Assembly (NCBI GenBank): GCA_049598145.1
Contig: JBMYNJ010000003.1
Coordinates: forward strand, 1,489-65,488
Direction: 5' to 3'
Source of the DNA: Flavobacteriaceae bacterium
GTDB lineage: Bacteria > Bacteroidota > Bacteroidia > Flavobacteriales > Flavobacteriaceae
DNA: 64,000 nucleotides
Below, one piece after another: positions 32,916 through 42,788 of the stretch. Positions within the stretch are counted from its first letter, which is position 1. Each line of letters begins with the position of its first letter. The notes beneath the pieces were generated by a model that was not told the origin of the DNA, made no database searches, and worked only from the letters and a program-made list of their open reading frames with translations. The position numbers and the translations under genes are program-made.

Positions 32916-33650
32916 ATGACCACAACTTATATATACGGAATACGAGCCATTTTAGAAGCCTTAGAAAACGATCAAGAAATCGAAAAAGTATTTTTAGCGC
33001 AAAATGTAAAAAGCCCGCTCTTCAGAACTTTAGAGACGCAACTCCGCAACGAAAAAGTCCCCCACAGTTATGTGCCGGATGCTCGAATGCAAAAGTTTAA
33101 CGATCGAAATCATCAAGGGGCAGTAGCCCGAGTATCCCCTGTAAAATTTGTCCCGCTAGAATCCCTAATCGAAGAAGCTATCCAACTGGAGGTTCCTCCG
33201 ACTTTTATTCTTTTAGACGGCCTAACCGACCCCCGAAACCTGGGAGCGATCTTTCGCACGGCTGCTGCTCAAAAGGTCAATGGTATTGTTCTCCCTCAAA
33301 GTGGTGGAGCCCCCCTCAATGCCGATGCGATAAAAACCTCGGCAGGTGGAGTGTTTTCAGTACCCGTTGCCCAAGTCGCGCATCTGAAAGATGCTGCTTT
33401 TCTCTTCCAACAATACGAAATCCCTTTGATGGCCCTGACCGAAAAAACATCTGAATCTATATACGCTCTGGAACTCAATCAACCCTTAGCCCTGGTTCTG
33501 GGAAATGAGGAAAAGGGAATTCATCCCAGTCTTTTAAAACTCTGTTCCCTCCAAGGAAAACTGCCGATGCAAGGAAGTATCGCTTCTTTAAATGTATCCG
33601 TTGCTTGTGGGGTGTGTTTATACGAAATCTATCGACAACGCAATTTCTAA
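32916..33650 (+). CDS. rlmB: SpoU/TrmH-family 23S rRNA 2'-O-methyltransferase (RlmB-like)
   Basis: 244 aa. It has an N-terminal substrate-binding domain (YGIRAILEAL), the SpoU motifs DGLTDPRNLGAIFRTA and LVLGNEEKGI, and SLNVSVA. Confidence 0.8.
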   Translation: MTTTYIYGIRAILEALENDQEIEKVFLAQNVKSPLFRTLETQLRNEKVPHSYVPDARMQKFNDRNHQGAVARVSPVKFVPLESLIEEAIQLEVPPTFILLDGLTDPRNLGAIFRTAAAQKVNGIVLPQSGGAPLNADAIKTSAGGVFSVPVAQVAHLKDAAFLFQQYEIPLMALTEKTSESIYALELNQPLALVLGNEEKGIHPSLLKLCSLQGKLPMQGSIASLNVSVACGVCLYEIYRQRNF

Positions 33651-33654
33651 AGCA

Positions 33655-34938
33655 ATGCCCATTCCTTTAGCCGAACGGATGCGACCCAAAACATTGACCG
33701 ATTATGTCGGACAAAGCCACCTGGTTGGGCCTGAAGGAACTTTCCAACAAATGCTCACCGCAGGCACCCTCCCCTCATTGATCTTATGGGGCCCACCAGG
33801 AGTTGGGAAAACTACCCTAGCCCAAATTTTAGCCCAGGAAAGCAAACGCCCTTTCCATGCGCTTTCCGCCATTCATTCCGGAGTAAAAGAACTTCGTGAG
33901 GTCATTCAGAGTGCCGAAAATCAAGGCGCTTTGTTTCAACAATCCCCCGTGGTGTTCGTAGATGAAATTCACCGCTTTTCCAAGAGTCAGCAAGATGCCC
34001 TTTTAGGCGCAGTAGAAAAAGGGATCATCACCCTAATCGGAGCGACCACCGAAAATCCCAGTTTTGAAGTGATCAATGCCTTGTTGTCTCGCTGTCAGGT
34101 CTATACCCTAAAACCACTGGAGGATAAAGATTTATTGCATGTATTAGAAAAGGCGATTGCTGAGGATTCGGAACTTAAAGACTACACAATTGAGCTAAAA
34201 GAAAGTTCAGCCCTGATCCATCTTTCAGGAGGGGACGCCCGAAAGTTATTATCCTTATTAGAATTAGCTGTTTTTGCAGGAACAAAGGAAGCTCCCATTC
34301 AAATCACGGACCAATCGATCAAAGCACTAACGGCCAATCAGCCATTGATGTTTGATAAAAAAGGAGATTTTCACTACGATATTATTTCGGCCTTTATCAA
34401 ATCGATTCGCGGTTCCGATCCTAATGCAGCCGTTTATTGGCTCGCCCGTATGATTGAGGCAGGAGAAGACCCTAAATTTATAGCACGTCGAATGATCATT
34501 GCTGCCTCGGAGGACATCGGTAACGCCAACCCCACGGCATTGGTATTGGCCACCAATACGTTTCAGGCAGTTCAGGCAGTAGGATTTCCCGAAGCTCGAA
34601 TTATTTTAAGCCAATGCGCCCTTTATTTAGCCACTTCTGCAAAGAGTAATGCCGCCTATCAGGCGATCAAAAATGCCCAAAAAATCGTTCGGGAAACTCA
34701 AAATCTTGGGGTTCCTTTACACTTATGTAATGCCCCGACGGAACTGATGAAACGCCAAGGGAAGGGAATAGGCTATCAATATCCGCATGACCATCCGGAT
34801 AATTTTATTCCACAACAATACTTACCCGAAGAAATCGAAGATCAAATTCTTTACGCTCCCGGTAATAATCCCAGAGAAGCAGAAATCCTGAAAAAGCTCC
34901 GGCAGCAATGGAAAGGACGCTATAATTATGATGGATAA
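33655..34938 (+). CDS. rarA: replication-associated recombination protein A (AAA+ ATPase)
   Basis: The listed ORF is trimmed to [20 protein letters not shown]. It has Walker A (GPPGVGKTT), Walker B (VFVDEIHRF) and the MgsA C-terminal domain. Confidence 0.92.
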   Translation: MPIPLAERMRPKTLTDYVGQSHLVGPEGTFQQMLTAGTLPSLILWGPPGVGKTTLAQILAQESKRPFHALSAIHSGVKELREVIQSAENQGALFQQSPVVFVDEIHRFSKSQQDALLGAVEKGIITLIGATTENPSFEVINALLSRCQVYTLKPLEDKDLLHVLEKAIAEDSELKDYTIELKESSALIHLSGGDARKLLSLLELAVFAGTKEAPIQITDQSIKALTANQPLMFDKKGDFHYDIISAFIKSIRGSDPNAAVYWLARMIEAGEDPKFIARRMIIAASEDIGNANPTALVLATNTFQAVQAVGFPEARIILSQCALYLATSAKSNAAYQAIKNAQKIVRETQNLGVPLHLCNAPTELMKRQGKGIGYQYPHDHPDNFIPQQYLPEEIEDQILYAPGNNPREAEILKKLRQQWKGRYNYDG

Positions 34939-34941
34939 GGC

Positions 34942-36435
34942 TTAGAATTTCCGCCAAAAGAACGGTGAAAAAATAATAAGGACCGTAAACAATTCTAAAC
35001 GCCCGATCAACATAAGGAAGGATGCCCAGAACTTCCCTCCCACAGGAAGAGCCGCATAGTTGGCGCTGGGGCCAAAATCGCCTAAGGCAGGGCCCACATT
35101 CCCTAAAGTGGAAGCTGCAAGTCCGGCCGCTGAATCAAAACTCAGGCCCATGGCACCAAAACCCAATGCCCCCACGATAAAGGAAATCATATACAAGATA
35201 AAAAAGGCCAGGATCGTATAGGTAATATCCGTTCCTACCGTTCGGTTGTTGTAGCGCACCTGAATGATCGCGTTGGGATGAAGTGCCCGTTTAAATTCTA
35301 AAAATCCATTTTTGATCATCATCAGGTGGCGCACCACTTTAATCCCTCCCGAAGTAGAACCAGCCGACCCCCCCAAAAACATCAATCCAAAAAAGAATAA
35401 GGTCAAAAAGCCTCCCCACAACGTGAAGTCGGCCGTCGAAAATCCTGTAGTGGTCACTACAGCCACCACCTGAAAAAGGGCATGTCGGAATCTGCTCTCC
35501 AAAGCCCCCCAGGGTTGACGATCAACAAAATGAGAAAGGTCTGCCCCTATACCCGACTGCCAGGCATAAACAAAAGCAATAGTTGTAAAAACTGCTAAAA
35601 ATCCGAGGTAGGTTTTAAATTCTTCATCCTTAAAGATTTTTCGAAATTGACCGGTAAAAGCGAAGTAACTCAACACAAAATTACTGCCGGCTAAAATCAT
35701 AAAAAAGACAGTGATGTATTGAATCCAAGGAAAATCGTTCCAATGAGCTAAACTCGAATTTTTAGTGGAAAACCCTCCTGTAGAAAGGGTACTCATGGCG
35801 TGGTTTACAGCGTCGAAAAGGCTCATCCCAGCACTCCACAACAAAAGTGCATTGAGCGTGGTAAATAGCACATAAATCAACCAAAGACGTTTGGCCGTAT
35901 CTGTAATTCTAGGGTGAAGTTTATCGCTACTCGGACCTGGAGCTTCAGCCGTAAATAACTGCATTCCACCGATCCCTAACAGGGGTAAAATCGCCAAGGC
36001 CAAAACAATGATTCCCATCCCACCAATCCAATGCGTGGTACTTCTCCAAAACAAAATCCCTTTGGGAACTTTTTCGATTTCAGTTAATATCGTCGCTCCA
36101 GTGGTGGTAAATCCAGACATAGATTCAAAGAAGGCATCGGTGAAATTTGGGATAGCTCCGCTGAACAAATAAGGTAAAGTCCCTGAAAGACTCATCAAGA
36201 GCCAACCGCAACTCACTATGATATACCCGTCGCGTTTGGCCAATTGCCGGTTATTGTTCCGCATACTAACAATCAACAGCCCTCCCAAACCCAAAGCAGT
36301 AAAGGCTGCGAGAAGGATCGCTAAGGTTTGCTGGTCTTCCATAAAAAAACTTACCCCTGATGCTAACAACATAAAACCGCCGTTAAAGCAGAGCAAAACC
36401 CCCATTAAATACAATATGATCTTGGAGTGAAGCAT
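34942..36435 (-). CDS. trkH: TrkH-family potassium uptake membrane subunit
   Basis: A polytopic protein with repeated selectivity-filter-like segments (FTTTGAT, LSTGGFS, VTTTGFS, GNVGPALG). The ATG at 36433-36435 (MLHSK...) is preferred to the listed TTG at 36456, which overlaps trkA. Confidence 0.88.
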   Translation of the reverse strand: MLHSKIILYLMGVLLCFNGGFMLLASGVSFFMEDQQTLAILLAAFTALGLGGLLIVSMRNNNRQLAKRDGYIIVSCGWLLMSLSGTLPYLFSGAIPNFTDAFFESMSGFTTTGATILTEIEKVPKGILFWRSTTHWIGGMGIIVLALAILPLLGIGGMQLFTAEAPGPSSDKLHPRITDTAKRLWLIYVLFTTLNALLLWSAGMSLFDAVNHAMSTLSTGGFSTKNSSLAHWNDFPWIQYITVFFMILAGSNFVLSYFAFTGQFRKIFKDEEFKTYLGFLAVFTTIAFVYAWQSGIGADLSHFVDRQPWGALESRFRHALFQVVAVVTTTGFSTADFTLWGGFLTLFFFGLMFLGGSAGSTSGGIKVVRHLMMIKNGFLEFKRALHPNAIIQVRYNNRTVGTDITYTILAFFILYMISFIVGALGFGAMGLSFDSAAGLAASTLGNVGPALGDFGPSANYAALPVGGKFWASFLMLIGRLELFTVLIIFSPFFWRKF

Positions 36436-36436
36436 C

Positions 36437-37786
36437 TTATAAGAATAAGCTTTCAATTCGCTTAATCGCCTTGGGCAAACAGCACACCACTACCCGATCG
36501 CCTGCTTCGATTTTGTAATCTCCCAAAGCAATGATTCCCTTGCCGTTTTTAATGACTCCGCCAATGGTAGCCGTTCGTGGGAAATCTAAATCACGAATAC
36601 AGTAGTTGACCACCTTGGAGTGTGGCTGCACTTGAAATTCTAATATTTCGGCATTAAGATTGTTTAGGGTCGTCATATCCAATACTTCACCTCGGCGAAT
36701 ATACCGGAAGATCGTATTGGCCGTTAAAAGTTTTTTATTGATTAATGTATCAATGCCGATCGACTGTGACAGTTCAAAATAGTCCATGTTTTCCACCAAA
36801 GCAATGGTCTTGTGAACCGACTTCGATTTGGCCATTAAACACGACATAATATTGGTCTCTGAATTGTGTGTCACGGCAATGAAGGCATCCATATTTTCAA
36901 TGGCTTCTTCTTCTAGCAATTCCACAGTTCTACCGTCTCCGTGAACCACCATTGCATTGGACAAACGATCGGCCAGGTCGATGGCTTTACTTTTATCTTT
37001 TTCAATCAGGGTAACGTTGAACTTTTTTTCGCTCAAAAGTTTAGCCGCATGAAAGCCGATATTCCCTCCCCCTAAAATCATGACATTTTTGATCTGCGTA
37101 TGACTCTTCCCCGTAAGGTTGAGCAACTCGGAGCCTCCTTTTTCATCCGTGATAAAAAAGGCGTGATCTCCCGCTTCAAAAATCGTATCCCCACGAGGAA
37201 TCATGGTAAACTGAGTTCCACGTCTTTGGATAGCAATAGGCATAAAGTGGACATCTGAAAAAAGAGATGCCGCCTCTTGTACCGACTTTCCTACAAAAGG
37301 AACTCCTTGTCCGATGGTAGTCCCCAAAAGATTTAAAGCACCGTCTTCAAACACATAACTGTTCGTAAAAGCCGACTGATCCAACAGACGCTCAATTTCA
37401 TCACAAGCCAAATTTTCGGGTGAAATTAAATCATCAATCCCCATGGCCTTAAAATCAATCTGGCATTGATTAGAGACATATTCAAACGAAGATATACGGG
37501 CGATGGTTCGCTTGGCTCCCAACTGTTTGGCTAAAGCACAAATGGTGATATTCATAGACTCCTCAGAAGTCACGGCAATAAACAAATCTGAACTGTAAAC
37601 ATCCGCCTCTTGTAAAATGGATAATCCACTGGCATTTCCACGAATAGTTTTAATATCCAGATGCGTTTCGGCATAATGCAATCGGTCTTTCTCCGTATCA
37701 ATTAAAGTAATATCCAAAGCCTCATAGGAAAGCAACTTGGCTAAATGGAAGCCTACTTCTCCGGCACCGGCAATAACTATTTTCAT
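36437..37786 (-). CDS. trkA: Trk system NAD-binding subunit TrkA
   Basis: 449 aa with two Rossmann motifs (IAGAGEVGFHLA and ILGGGNIGFHAA) and two RCK_C segments. Confidence 0.92.
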   Translation of the reverse strand: MKIVIAGAGEVGFHLAKLLSYEALDITLIDTEKDRLHYAETHLDIKTIRGNASGLSILQEADVYSSDLFIAVTSEESMNITICALAKQLGAKRTIARISSFEYVSNQCQIDFKAMGIDDLISPENLACDEIERLLDQSAFTNSYVFEDGALNLLGTTIGQGVPFVGKSVQEAASLFSDVHFMPIAIQRRGTQFTMIPRGDTIFEAGDHAFFITDEKGGSELLNLTGKSHTQIKNVMILGGGNIGFHAAKLLSEKKFNVTLIEKDKSKAIDLADRLSNAMVVHGDGRTVELLEEEAIENMDAFIAVTHNSETNIMSCLMAKSKSVHKTIALVENMDYFELSQSIGIDTLINKKLLTANTIFRYIRRGEVLDMTTLNNLNAEILEFQVQPHSKVVNYCIRDLDFPRTATIGGVIKNGKGIIALGDYKIEAGDRVVVCCLPKAIKRIESLFL

Positions 37787-37950
37787 AAACTTTTGAACTG
37801 AACTACAGAAATGAGCAACTCCAAGTTGGAGTGCATGAGATTATATGATTCTTCTGATCGGAATACCATTCAATCGGCTAAGAGAGTTCAAATATACTTC
37901 CTTTTTAAAAGGAAACCCAATGGACCGCTCCCAAACCCTCAAGAATGCCC

Positions 37951-37958
37951 TATATTTG
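37951..37958 (+). promoter_or_regulatory. candidate -7 promoter box (TATATTTG) immediately upstream of ubiE
   Basis: An exact TAnnTTTG ending 6 nt before the ATG at 37965. Confidence 0.35.
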
Positions 37959-37964
37959 CAGCCT

Positions 37965-38699
37965 ATGAAAAAGCCTGTAAAACCTTACGCAGCAAAGGAA
38001 ACCTCCAAAAAAATCCAAGTTCAACAAATGTTCGACGGAATCTCGGATCGATACGATCAACTCAACCGTGTGATCAGTTTTGGAATTGATATTCGTTGGC
38101 GCCAAATATTAATCCAAAAGGTATTAGAGCAACAGCCGAAAAAAGTACTGGATGTAGCCACCGGAACAGGAGACCTCGCACTTGCTTTAGCCCAAAAAAA
38201 CAATCAAATCGATATTACTGGACTCGATATTTCTGCTGGGATGCTCGATTTGGGGAAAGAAAAGGTCTTACAAGCCCAAAAATCGAAACAAATACAAATG
38301 ATTCTCGGCGATTCGGAGGACCTCCCTTTCGAAGACCATAGTTTCGATGGGGTCATGGTGGCCTTTGGCGTTCGAAATTTTGAAAATTTAGATCTGGGAT
38401 TGCAAGAAATTTATCGGGTCTTAAAACCGGGAGGACAGTTAACCATTCTGGAGACCTCTGTCCCGCAGCAGTGGTTTTTCCGTCTGGGGTATCGCATCTA
38501 TACCGGCGGGATTATGCCCATCATCGGTCGGCTATTCTCCAGCGATAAAAATGCTTACAGCTATCTTTCCGATTCTGCTGCCTCATTTCCCTATGGGGAA
38601 GCTTTCAACAATATTTTGATTAAAAATGGGTTTATAGAGGTAAAGGATTATCCCCAAACCTTAGGGGTGGCATCTATCTACTGTGCATCGAAAACCTAA
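37965..38699 (+). CDS. ubiE: demethylmenaquinone / ubiquinone-menaquinone methyltransferase
   Basis: The listed ORF is trimmed to MKKPVKPYAAKETSKKIQVQQMFDGISDRYDQLN. It has the SAM motif VLDVATGTGDLA. Confidence 0.9.
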   Translation: MKKPVKPYAAKETSKKIQVQQMFDGISDRYDQLNRVISFGIDIRWRQILIQKVLEQQPKKVLDVATGTGDLALALAQKNNQIDITGLDISAGMLDLGKEKVLQAQKSKQIQMILGDSEDLPFEDHSFDGVMVAFGVRNFENLDLGLQEIYRVLKPGGQLTILETSVPQQWFFRLGYRIYTGGIMPIIGRLFSSDKNAYSYLSDSAASFPYGEAFNNILIKNGFIEVKDYPQTLGVASIYCASKT

Positions 38700-39453
38700 C
38701 ATAAAAACACTCTTCTTTTGTTTGGCCATGATTGGCCTTAAGGCCTGGGGGCAATACCCCACCGTTCGGGAACGGATCACAAACCTCCCCGTTTTCGACG
38801 ATCGGTTTTTACATTACGGCTATTTTTTAGGCGTAAATCAATACGACTTTAAATTCCAATATGTAGATGATTTTTACAAGGCTAATCAGGAATATACAGA
38901 GCGGACCGACATTATCGTGGAGCAAAGCACAGGCTTTCAGGTGGGTTTAATTGGAGACATGCGATTGGCTTCCTTTGCGAATTTAAGGATTGAGCCAGGG
39001 CTTTATTACAACCAGCGGAACTTGGTCTATCCTGAAAATTTTGGCTTGGATGAGGAAACCGATCGTTTTCGGGAAGTCAAATCAACTAACATACGTTTGC
39101 CTCTGGTTTTAAAATTGAGTGCCAAACGAATCAATAATTTTCGTCCGTTTGTATTGGTCGGTGCTGCCATGGAATTCGATTTGTCCTCCAATGAAAAAAA
39201 TAGAGACGACAATACCAGTGGAATTTTCCGGACCACGGCCCAAAACCTGACCTATGAATTGGGATTTGGTTTCGATTTTTATCTGTTTTATTTTAAGTTC
39301 TCACCTTCCATCCGAGGCATATTTATGATTAATGACCAATTGGTACAGGATACCCAACCCAATGGAGCTCCAAATAACTGGCGAAGTCCCTGGACCGGTT
39401 GGCTGAAACAGATGCAAACCCGGGGAATCGTACTTACCCTAACTTTTGAGTAA
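38683..39453 (+). CDS. porT: PorT-family outer-membrane beta-barrel protein (T9SS-associated)
   Basis: 256 aa with a GTG start and a signal peptide ending in KAWGQ. The sequence has a beta-barrel character and ends in F. The position directly after ubiE is the synteny I recall for porT/sprT in Flavobacteriia. Confidence 0.6.
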   Translation: MHRKPNIKTLFFCLAMIGLKAWGQYPTVRERITNLPVFDDRFLHYGYFLGVNQYDFKFQYVDDFYKANQEYTERTDIIVEQSTGFQVGLIGDMRLASFANLRIEPGLYYNQRNLVYPENFGLDEETDRFREVKSTNIRLPLVLKLSAKRINNFRPFVLVGAAMEFDLSSNEKNRDDNTSGIFRTTAQNLTYELGFGFDFYLFYFKFSPSIRGIFMINDQLVQDTQPNGAPNNWRSPWTGWLKQMQTRGIVLTLTFE

Positions 39454-39458
39454 ATCGC

Positions 39459-40169
39459 TTACATACGTAGCTGAGCCAAAAAAATCCCCAAAGCAGTGGC
39501 CACATTGAGGCTATCAATAGGATTTTCAGGATCGTATTTTGGAATGGTAACCCTATGATCCAATCGGGACAATAAATCGGAAGAAATCCCATGAGACTCA
39601 CTTCCCATCAAGAGGACTCCTTCCTTAGGAATAGCCATTTCGGGTAGAGGACTCCCATCCAAAACGGCCCCCAAAACCCTGAAATTTGTAGCTTGTAGAA
39701 AATCAACCAAATCCGTGTAAAGGCATTCTACACGTCCGAGCGACCCCATACATGCTTGCACTACCTTAGGATTAAAACAATCCACGGTCTGAGGGGAACA
39801 ATAAATTTTTTTGACACCAAACCAATCGCACAAACGAATGATGGTTCCCAGATTTCCTGGATCGGCAACTGAATCTAAAGCGACTACCCATCCCTTTGGG
39901 GGAACCTTCTGTACTTTAGGCAACTGAAAAACTCCAAAATAGGGACTCGGATTTTTTAAAAACGTGAGTTGTTCCATTTGACGCAACGCAATGGTTTGGG
40001 CTTCCCATCGAGGGGCTTCTAAAGTCGAAAACAACGCATCAATGGCATAGCCAGCAGCTACAAATCCTTCGATACATTTTTGGCCTTCGGCTACAAACAA
40101 GCCTTCCGAAGAACGGTATTTCTTTTGCTGTAGTTTTTTAAATCGTTGGATTTGTTTTTTTGTCAGCAT
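39459..40169 (-). CDS. SpoU/TrmH-family RNA methyltransferase
   Basis: 236 aa with DSVADPGNLGTIIRLCDWFG, LLMGSESHGIS and SLNVATALGI. Confidence 0.85.
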   Translation of the reverse strand: MLTKKQIQRFKKLQQKKYRSSEGLFVAEGQKCIEGFVAAGYAIDALFSTLEAPRWEAQTIALRQMEQLTFLKNPSPYFGVFQLPKVQKVPPKGWVVALDSVADPGNLGTIIRLCDWFGVKKIYCSPQTVDCFNPKVVQACMGSLGRVECLYTDLVDFLQATNFRVLGAVLDGSPLPEMAIPKEGVLLMGSESHGISSDLLSRLDHRVTIPKYDPENPIDSLNVATALGIFLAQLRM

Positions 40170-40179
40170 AGAAAAGGCT

Positions 40180-40187
40180 TAATTTTG
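40180..40187 (+). promoter_or_regulatory. candidate -7 promoter box (TAATTTTG) for the TamA-like gene
   Basis: An exact TAnnTTTG 24 nt upstream of the in-frame TTG at 40212. Confidence 0.35.
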
Positions 40188-40211
40188 AGTTTTAGTCCAG
40201 CGGACCAGGCC

Positions 40212-42755
40212 TTGAGAACAATCACAACAAAAATAGGGTTAATTCTTTTCGTGGGGAGCCTCTTTTATGGGTGTAGTGTAACCCAAAAGATTCCTGCAGA
40301 TAAACAGTGGGTAGACCGTATCGAATATACCTTAAACGATACCCTCGTTCCTCAGCGTAAACTCAAAGTGCCTCCGAGTGATTATGTTCCTAATAAAAGA
40401 ATTTTAGGAATACCTTTGGGAGCATTGACTTATCAACAAGTAAGTGCAAAGCCTGAAGAAGACTTCCAAAGATGGTTGCTTAAAAAACCTAAACGTCAGG
40501 CCCGCCTTCAAAAATGGTGGTCTCAAAAACAAGTGGACGTTTTGGAGCGCTACTACACCCGTGGGGTAACACTGGTTCAAAATTTAGGAGAAGTTCCTAC
40601 ACTTATAGACACTTCTAAAATTGAAAAACGCACAGAAGAATTACAGCAATACTACAAGGGATTAGGCTTTTTAGATGCCCAAGTAGATTATACGATCGAT
40701 AGTATTGCACCCAAAAAAGCAACATTAACGTATCATATCGATACCGACCGACAATATACGATTGGACAGTACAAAATTCAGATCGACTCCGAGGCTTTGG
40801 ACAGTTTATATTATACCAGAGACAATCGCCCATTGGTAAATTCGGGACAAGCCTTTGAACCGCGATTGTTGGAATTGGAGCGTAAAAGATTGATTCAATT
40901 TTTTAGAAACCACGGGGTCTTTAATTTTCAAAGCCCTTCTGTTCGCTATCAGGCAGCGATTGATAGTTTAGGTTTGGATACCACAATAGACCTCACGTTG
41001 AAAGTCGGAAATTTGCAAATTCGTGCCAACGATACTTTAATCACAAATACCTATCGGACTTACCCCATTAAATCCATCGCGCTCTACATCGATCAAAATA
41101 AAGAGGGAGTGGCACTCTATCAACCCTTTTATCAACAAGACAATATCTCAATTTATGCTCAAGGAAAACTGCGCTATCGACCACAAGCCTTACTGCGTGG
41201 ATTGTTTATGAAGCCCGGGGATCTCTACAGCGACCGGGATCGAAATTTAAGCTATCGCTATTTCTCCAAGCTGCAAAATTTTAAATATCCCAGTATTGGA
41301 TACCGTTTGCACCCCGAAGACAGTACTCAGTTGGAGGCCCAGGTATTCCTGAATCCCAAAGAACGATTTTCCTTAGGGTTCGATTTAGATGTCTCGCATT
41401 CCAACATTCAGGATGTAGGAATTGCCCTGGGAACCAATGCTCAAATTCGAAATACCTTTCGAAGAACCGAAATCCTAAAGTTTCAGGTAAAAGCCAATCT
41501 GGGGGCTTCACAAGATTTGGGAACTCAAAACAACCAATTCTTTAATCTTTTTGAATTGGGAGGAGATTTGAATTTAAATTTTCCTCATATTCGCCTTCCT
41601 TTCGGAAAAAAAGATTGGGTGTCCCGAGAAGCAAACCCCAATACACGAATGTCTTTAGGTATAGGGCTTCAACAGAATATTGGGCTGGATAAAGAATTTT
41701 ATCGGGCCGGATATGAATTCAATTGGCAACCCCGGCCGGAGCTCAAACTCAGTTGGAAATGGTTGGATGCCTTGTATGTCAATAACCGGAATGCTGCAAA
41801 CTACTTCAACGTATACCGCAATAGTTTTCAACGTTTGGAAGAATTGGCTCAGCTCTATCCAAGACCCCAATACTTTGATGAGGACAATCGCCTATCGATC
41901 CCCGAGGGAGCCTCAAGTTTTATTTCCGATGTTCTTGGTGGTATCAATCCAATCGATCCAGATTCAGAAGATTATCGAGACCTCAACAATATTGCAGAAC
42001 GGCGCAATCGCCTTTCTGCCAATAATTTAATCTTAGGAAGTAATTTCAACTTTTTCTATTCTACCAAACAAAACCTTTTGGATGAAAACTTTTGGCAAGC
42101 TCAGATTAAAACCGAACTGGTAGGCAGCTTCCTAAACTGGGGACTGCAACGCTTCGATGCCGATCGAAATATCGATGGAGAATTTGTGATTGATGGAGTA
42201 GTTCCCTCCCGATACGCCAAGGCGGAAGTCAACTATATTCGTCATTTGCGATTGGGAAAAACCATATGGGCTTTCCGTGCATTTGGGGGATTAGCTCTTC
42301 CGCTGGGAGATGCCAATTCGGTTCCCTTTGCCCGTTCTTTTTTTACAGGAGGATCGAACGAAAATCGCGGATGGAAGGTGTATCAGTTGGGGCCCGGAAG
42401 TTCCAATAACAATAACGAATTCAATGAAGCCAACATGAAACTGGCCTTTAATGCCGAGTGCCGTTTCGATTTATTTGGTAAACTTAAAGGGGCCTTGTTT
42501 GCCGACTTGAGCAATATTTGGAACGTCCAAGACAATGTAACCGATCCGCGTATGCGTTTTGATGGTTGGCGGGATCTAGATGAACTAGCCTTAGCTACAG
42601 GCTTCGGACTGCGGTATGATTTTGACTTTTTTGTTTTCCGATTAGACACCGGCTTTAAAACCTATAATCCGGTCTATGCTCCAAGTCAAAGATGGGGAAC
42701 TGACTTTGAACTCAAAAAGGCTGTTTTTAATATCGGAATTAATTATCCCTTTTAA
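40212..42755 (+). CDS. BamA/TamA-family outer-membrane protein, lipoprotein form (TamL-like)
   Basis: The C-terminal Omp85 barrel has FFTGGSNENRGW and ends in INYPF, with POTRA-like repeats upstream. The proposed TTG start yields MRTITTKIGLILFVGSLFYGCS, a lipoprotein signal. The listed start at 40146 overlaps the divergent trmH-family gene. Confidence 0.75.
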   Translation: MRTITTKIGLILFVGSLFYGCSVTQKIPADKQWVDRIEYTLNDTLVPQRKLKVPPSDYVPNKRILGIPLGALTYQQVSAKPEEDFQRWLLKKPKRQARLQKWWSQKQVDVLERYYTRGVTLVQNLGEVPTLIDTSKIEKRTEELQQYYKGLGFLDAQVDYTIDSIAPKKATLTYHIDTDRQYTIGQYKIQIDSEALDSLYYTRDNRPLVNSGQAFEPRLLELERKRLIQFFRNHGVFNFQSPSVRYQAAIDSLGLDTTIDLTLKVGNLQIRANDTLITNTYRTYPIKSIALYIDQNKEGVALYQPFYQQDNISIYAQGKLRYRPQALLRGLFMKPGDLYSDRDRNLSYRYFSKLQNFKYPSIGYRLHPEDSTQLEAQVFLNPKERFSLGFDLDVSHSNIQDVGIALGTNAQIRNTFRRTEILKFQVKANLGASQDLGTQNNQFFNLFELGGDLNLNFPHIRLPFGKKDWVSREANPNTRMSLGIGLQQNIGLDKEFYRAGYEFNWQPRPELKLSWKWLDALYVNNRNAANYFNVYRNSFQRLEELAQLYPRPQYFDEDNRLSIPEGASSFISDVLGGINPIDPDSEDYRDLNNIAERRNRLSANNLILGSNFNFFYSTKQNLLDENFWQAQIKTELVGSFLNWGLQRFDADRNIDGEFVIDGVVPSRYAKAEVNYIRHLRLGKTIWAFRAFGGLALPLGDANSVPFARSFFTGGSNENRGWKVYQLGPGSSNNNNEFNEANMKLAFNAECRFDLFGKLKGALFADLSNIWNVQDNVTDPRMRFDGWRDLDELALATGFGLRYDFDFFVFRLDTGFKTYNPVYAPSQRWGTDFELKKAVFNIGINYPF

Positions 42756-42765
42756 GATAATCGTT

Positions 42766-42773
42766 TAATTTTG
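42766..42773 (+). promoter_or_regulatory. candidate -7 promoter box (TAATTTTG) for fbaA
   Basis: An exact TAnnTTTG 15 nt upstream of the ATG at 42789. It covers the listed TTG start at 42771, which argues against that start. Confidence 0.4.
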
Positions 42774-42788
42774 CCCAAAACCAAATGG

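Noticed and set aside
33592-33654. Upstream ATG starts that extend rarA (33592), ubiE (37845), susC-2 (27992), rpsO (44794), rpsL (21488) and rplD (17496).
   Set aside because: Each extension overlaps the preceding gene or a promoter box and adds residues absent from the canonical N-terminus. The internal starts reproduce the family-typical N-termini.
40146-40211. The listed TTG start of the TamA-like ORF, overlapping the divergent trmH-family gene start.
   Set aside because: The encoded N-terminus (MDLFFCQHRKGLILSFSPADQA) is not signal-like, and a TAnnTTTG box at 40180-40187 lies downstream of it. The in-frame TTG at 40212 gives a proper lipoprotein signal.
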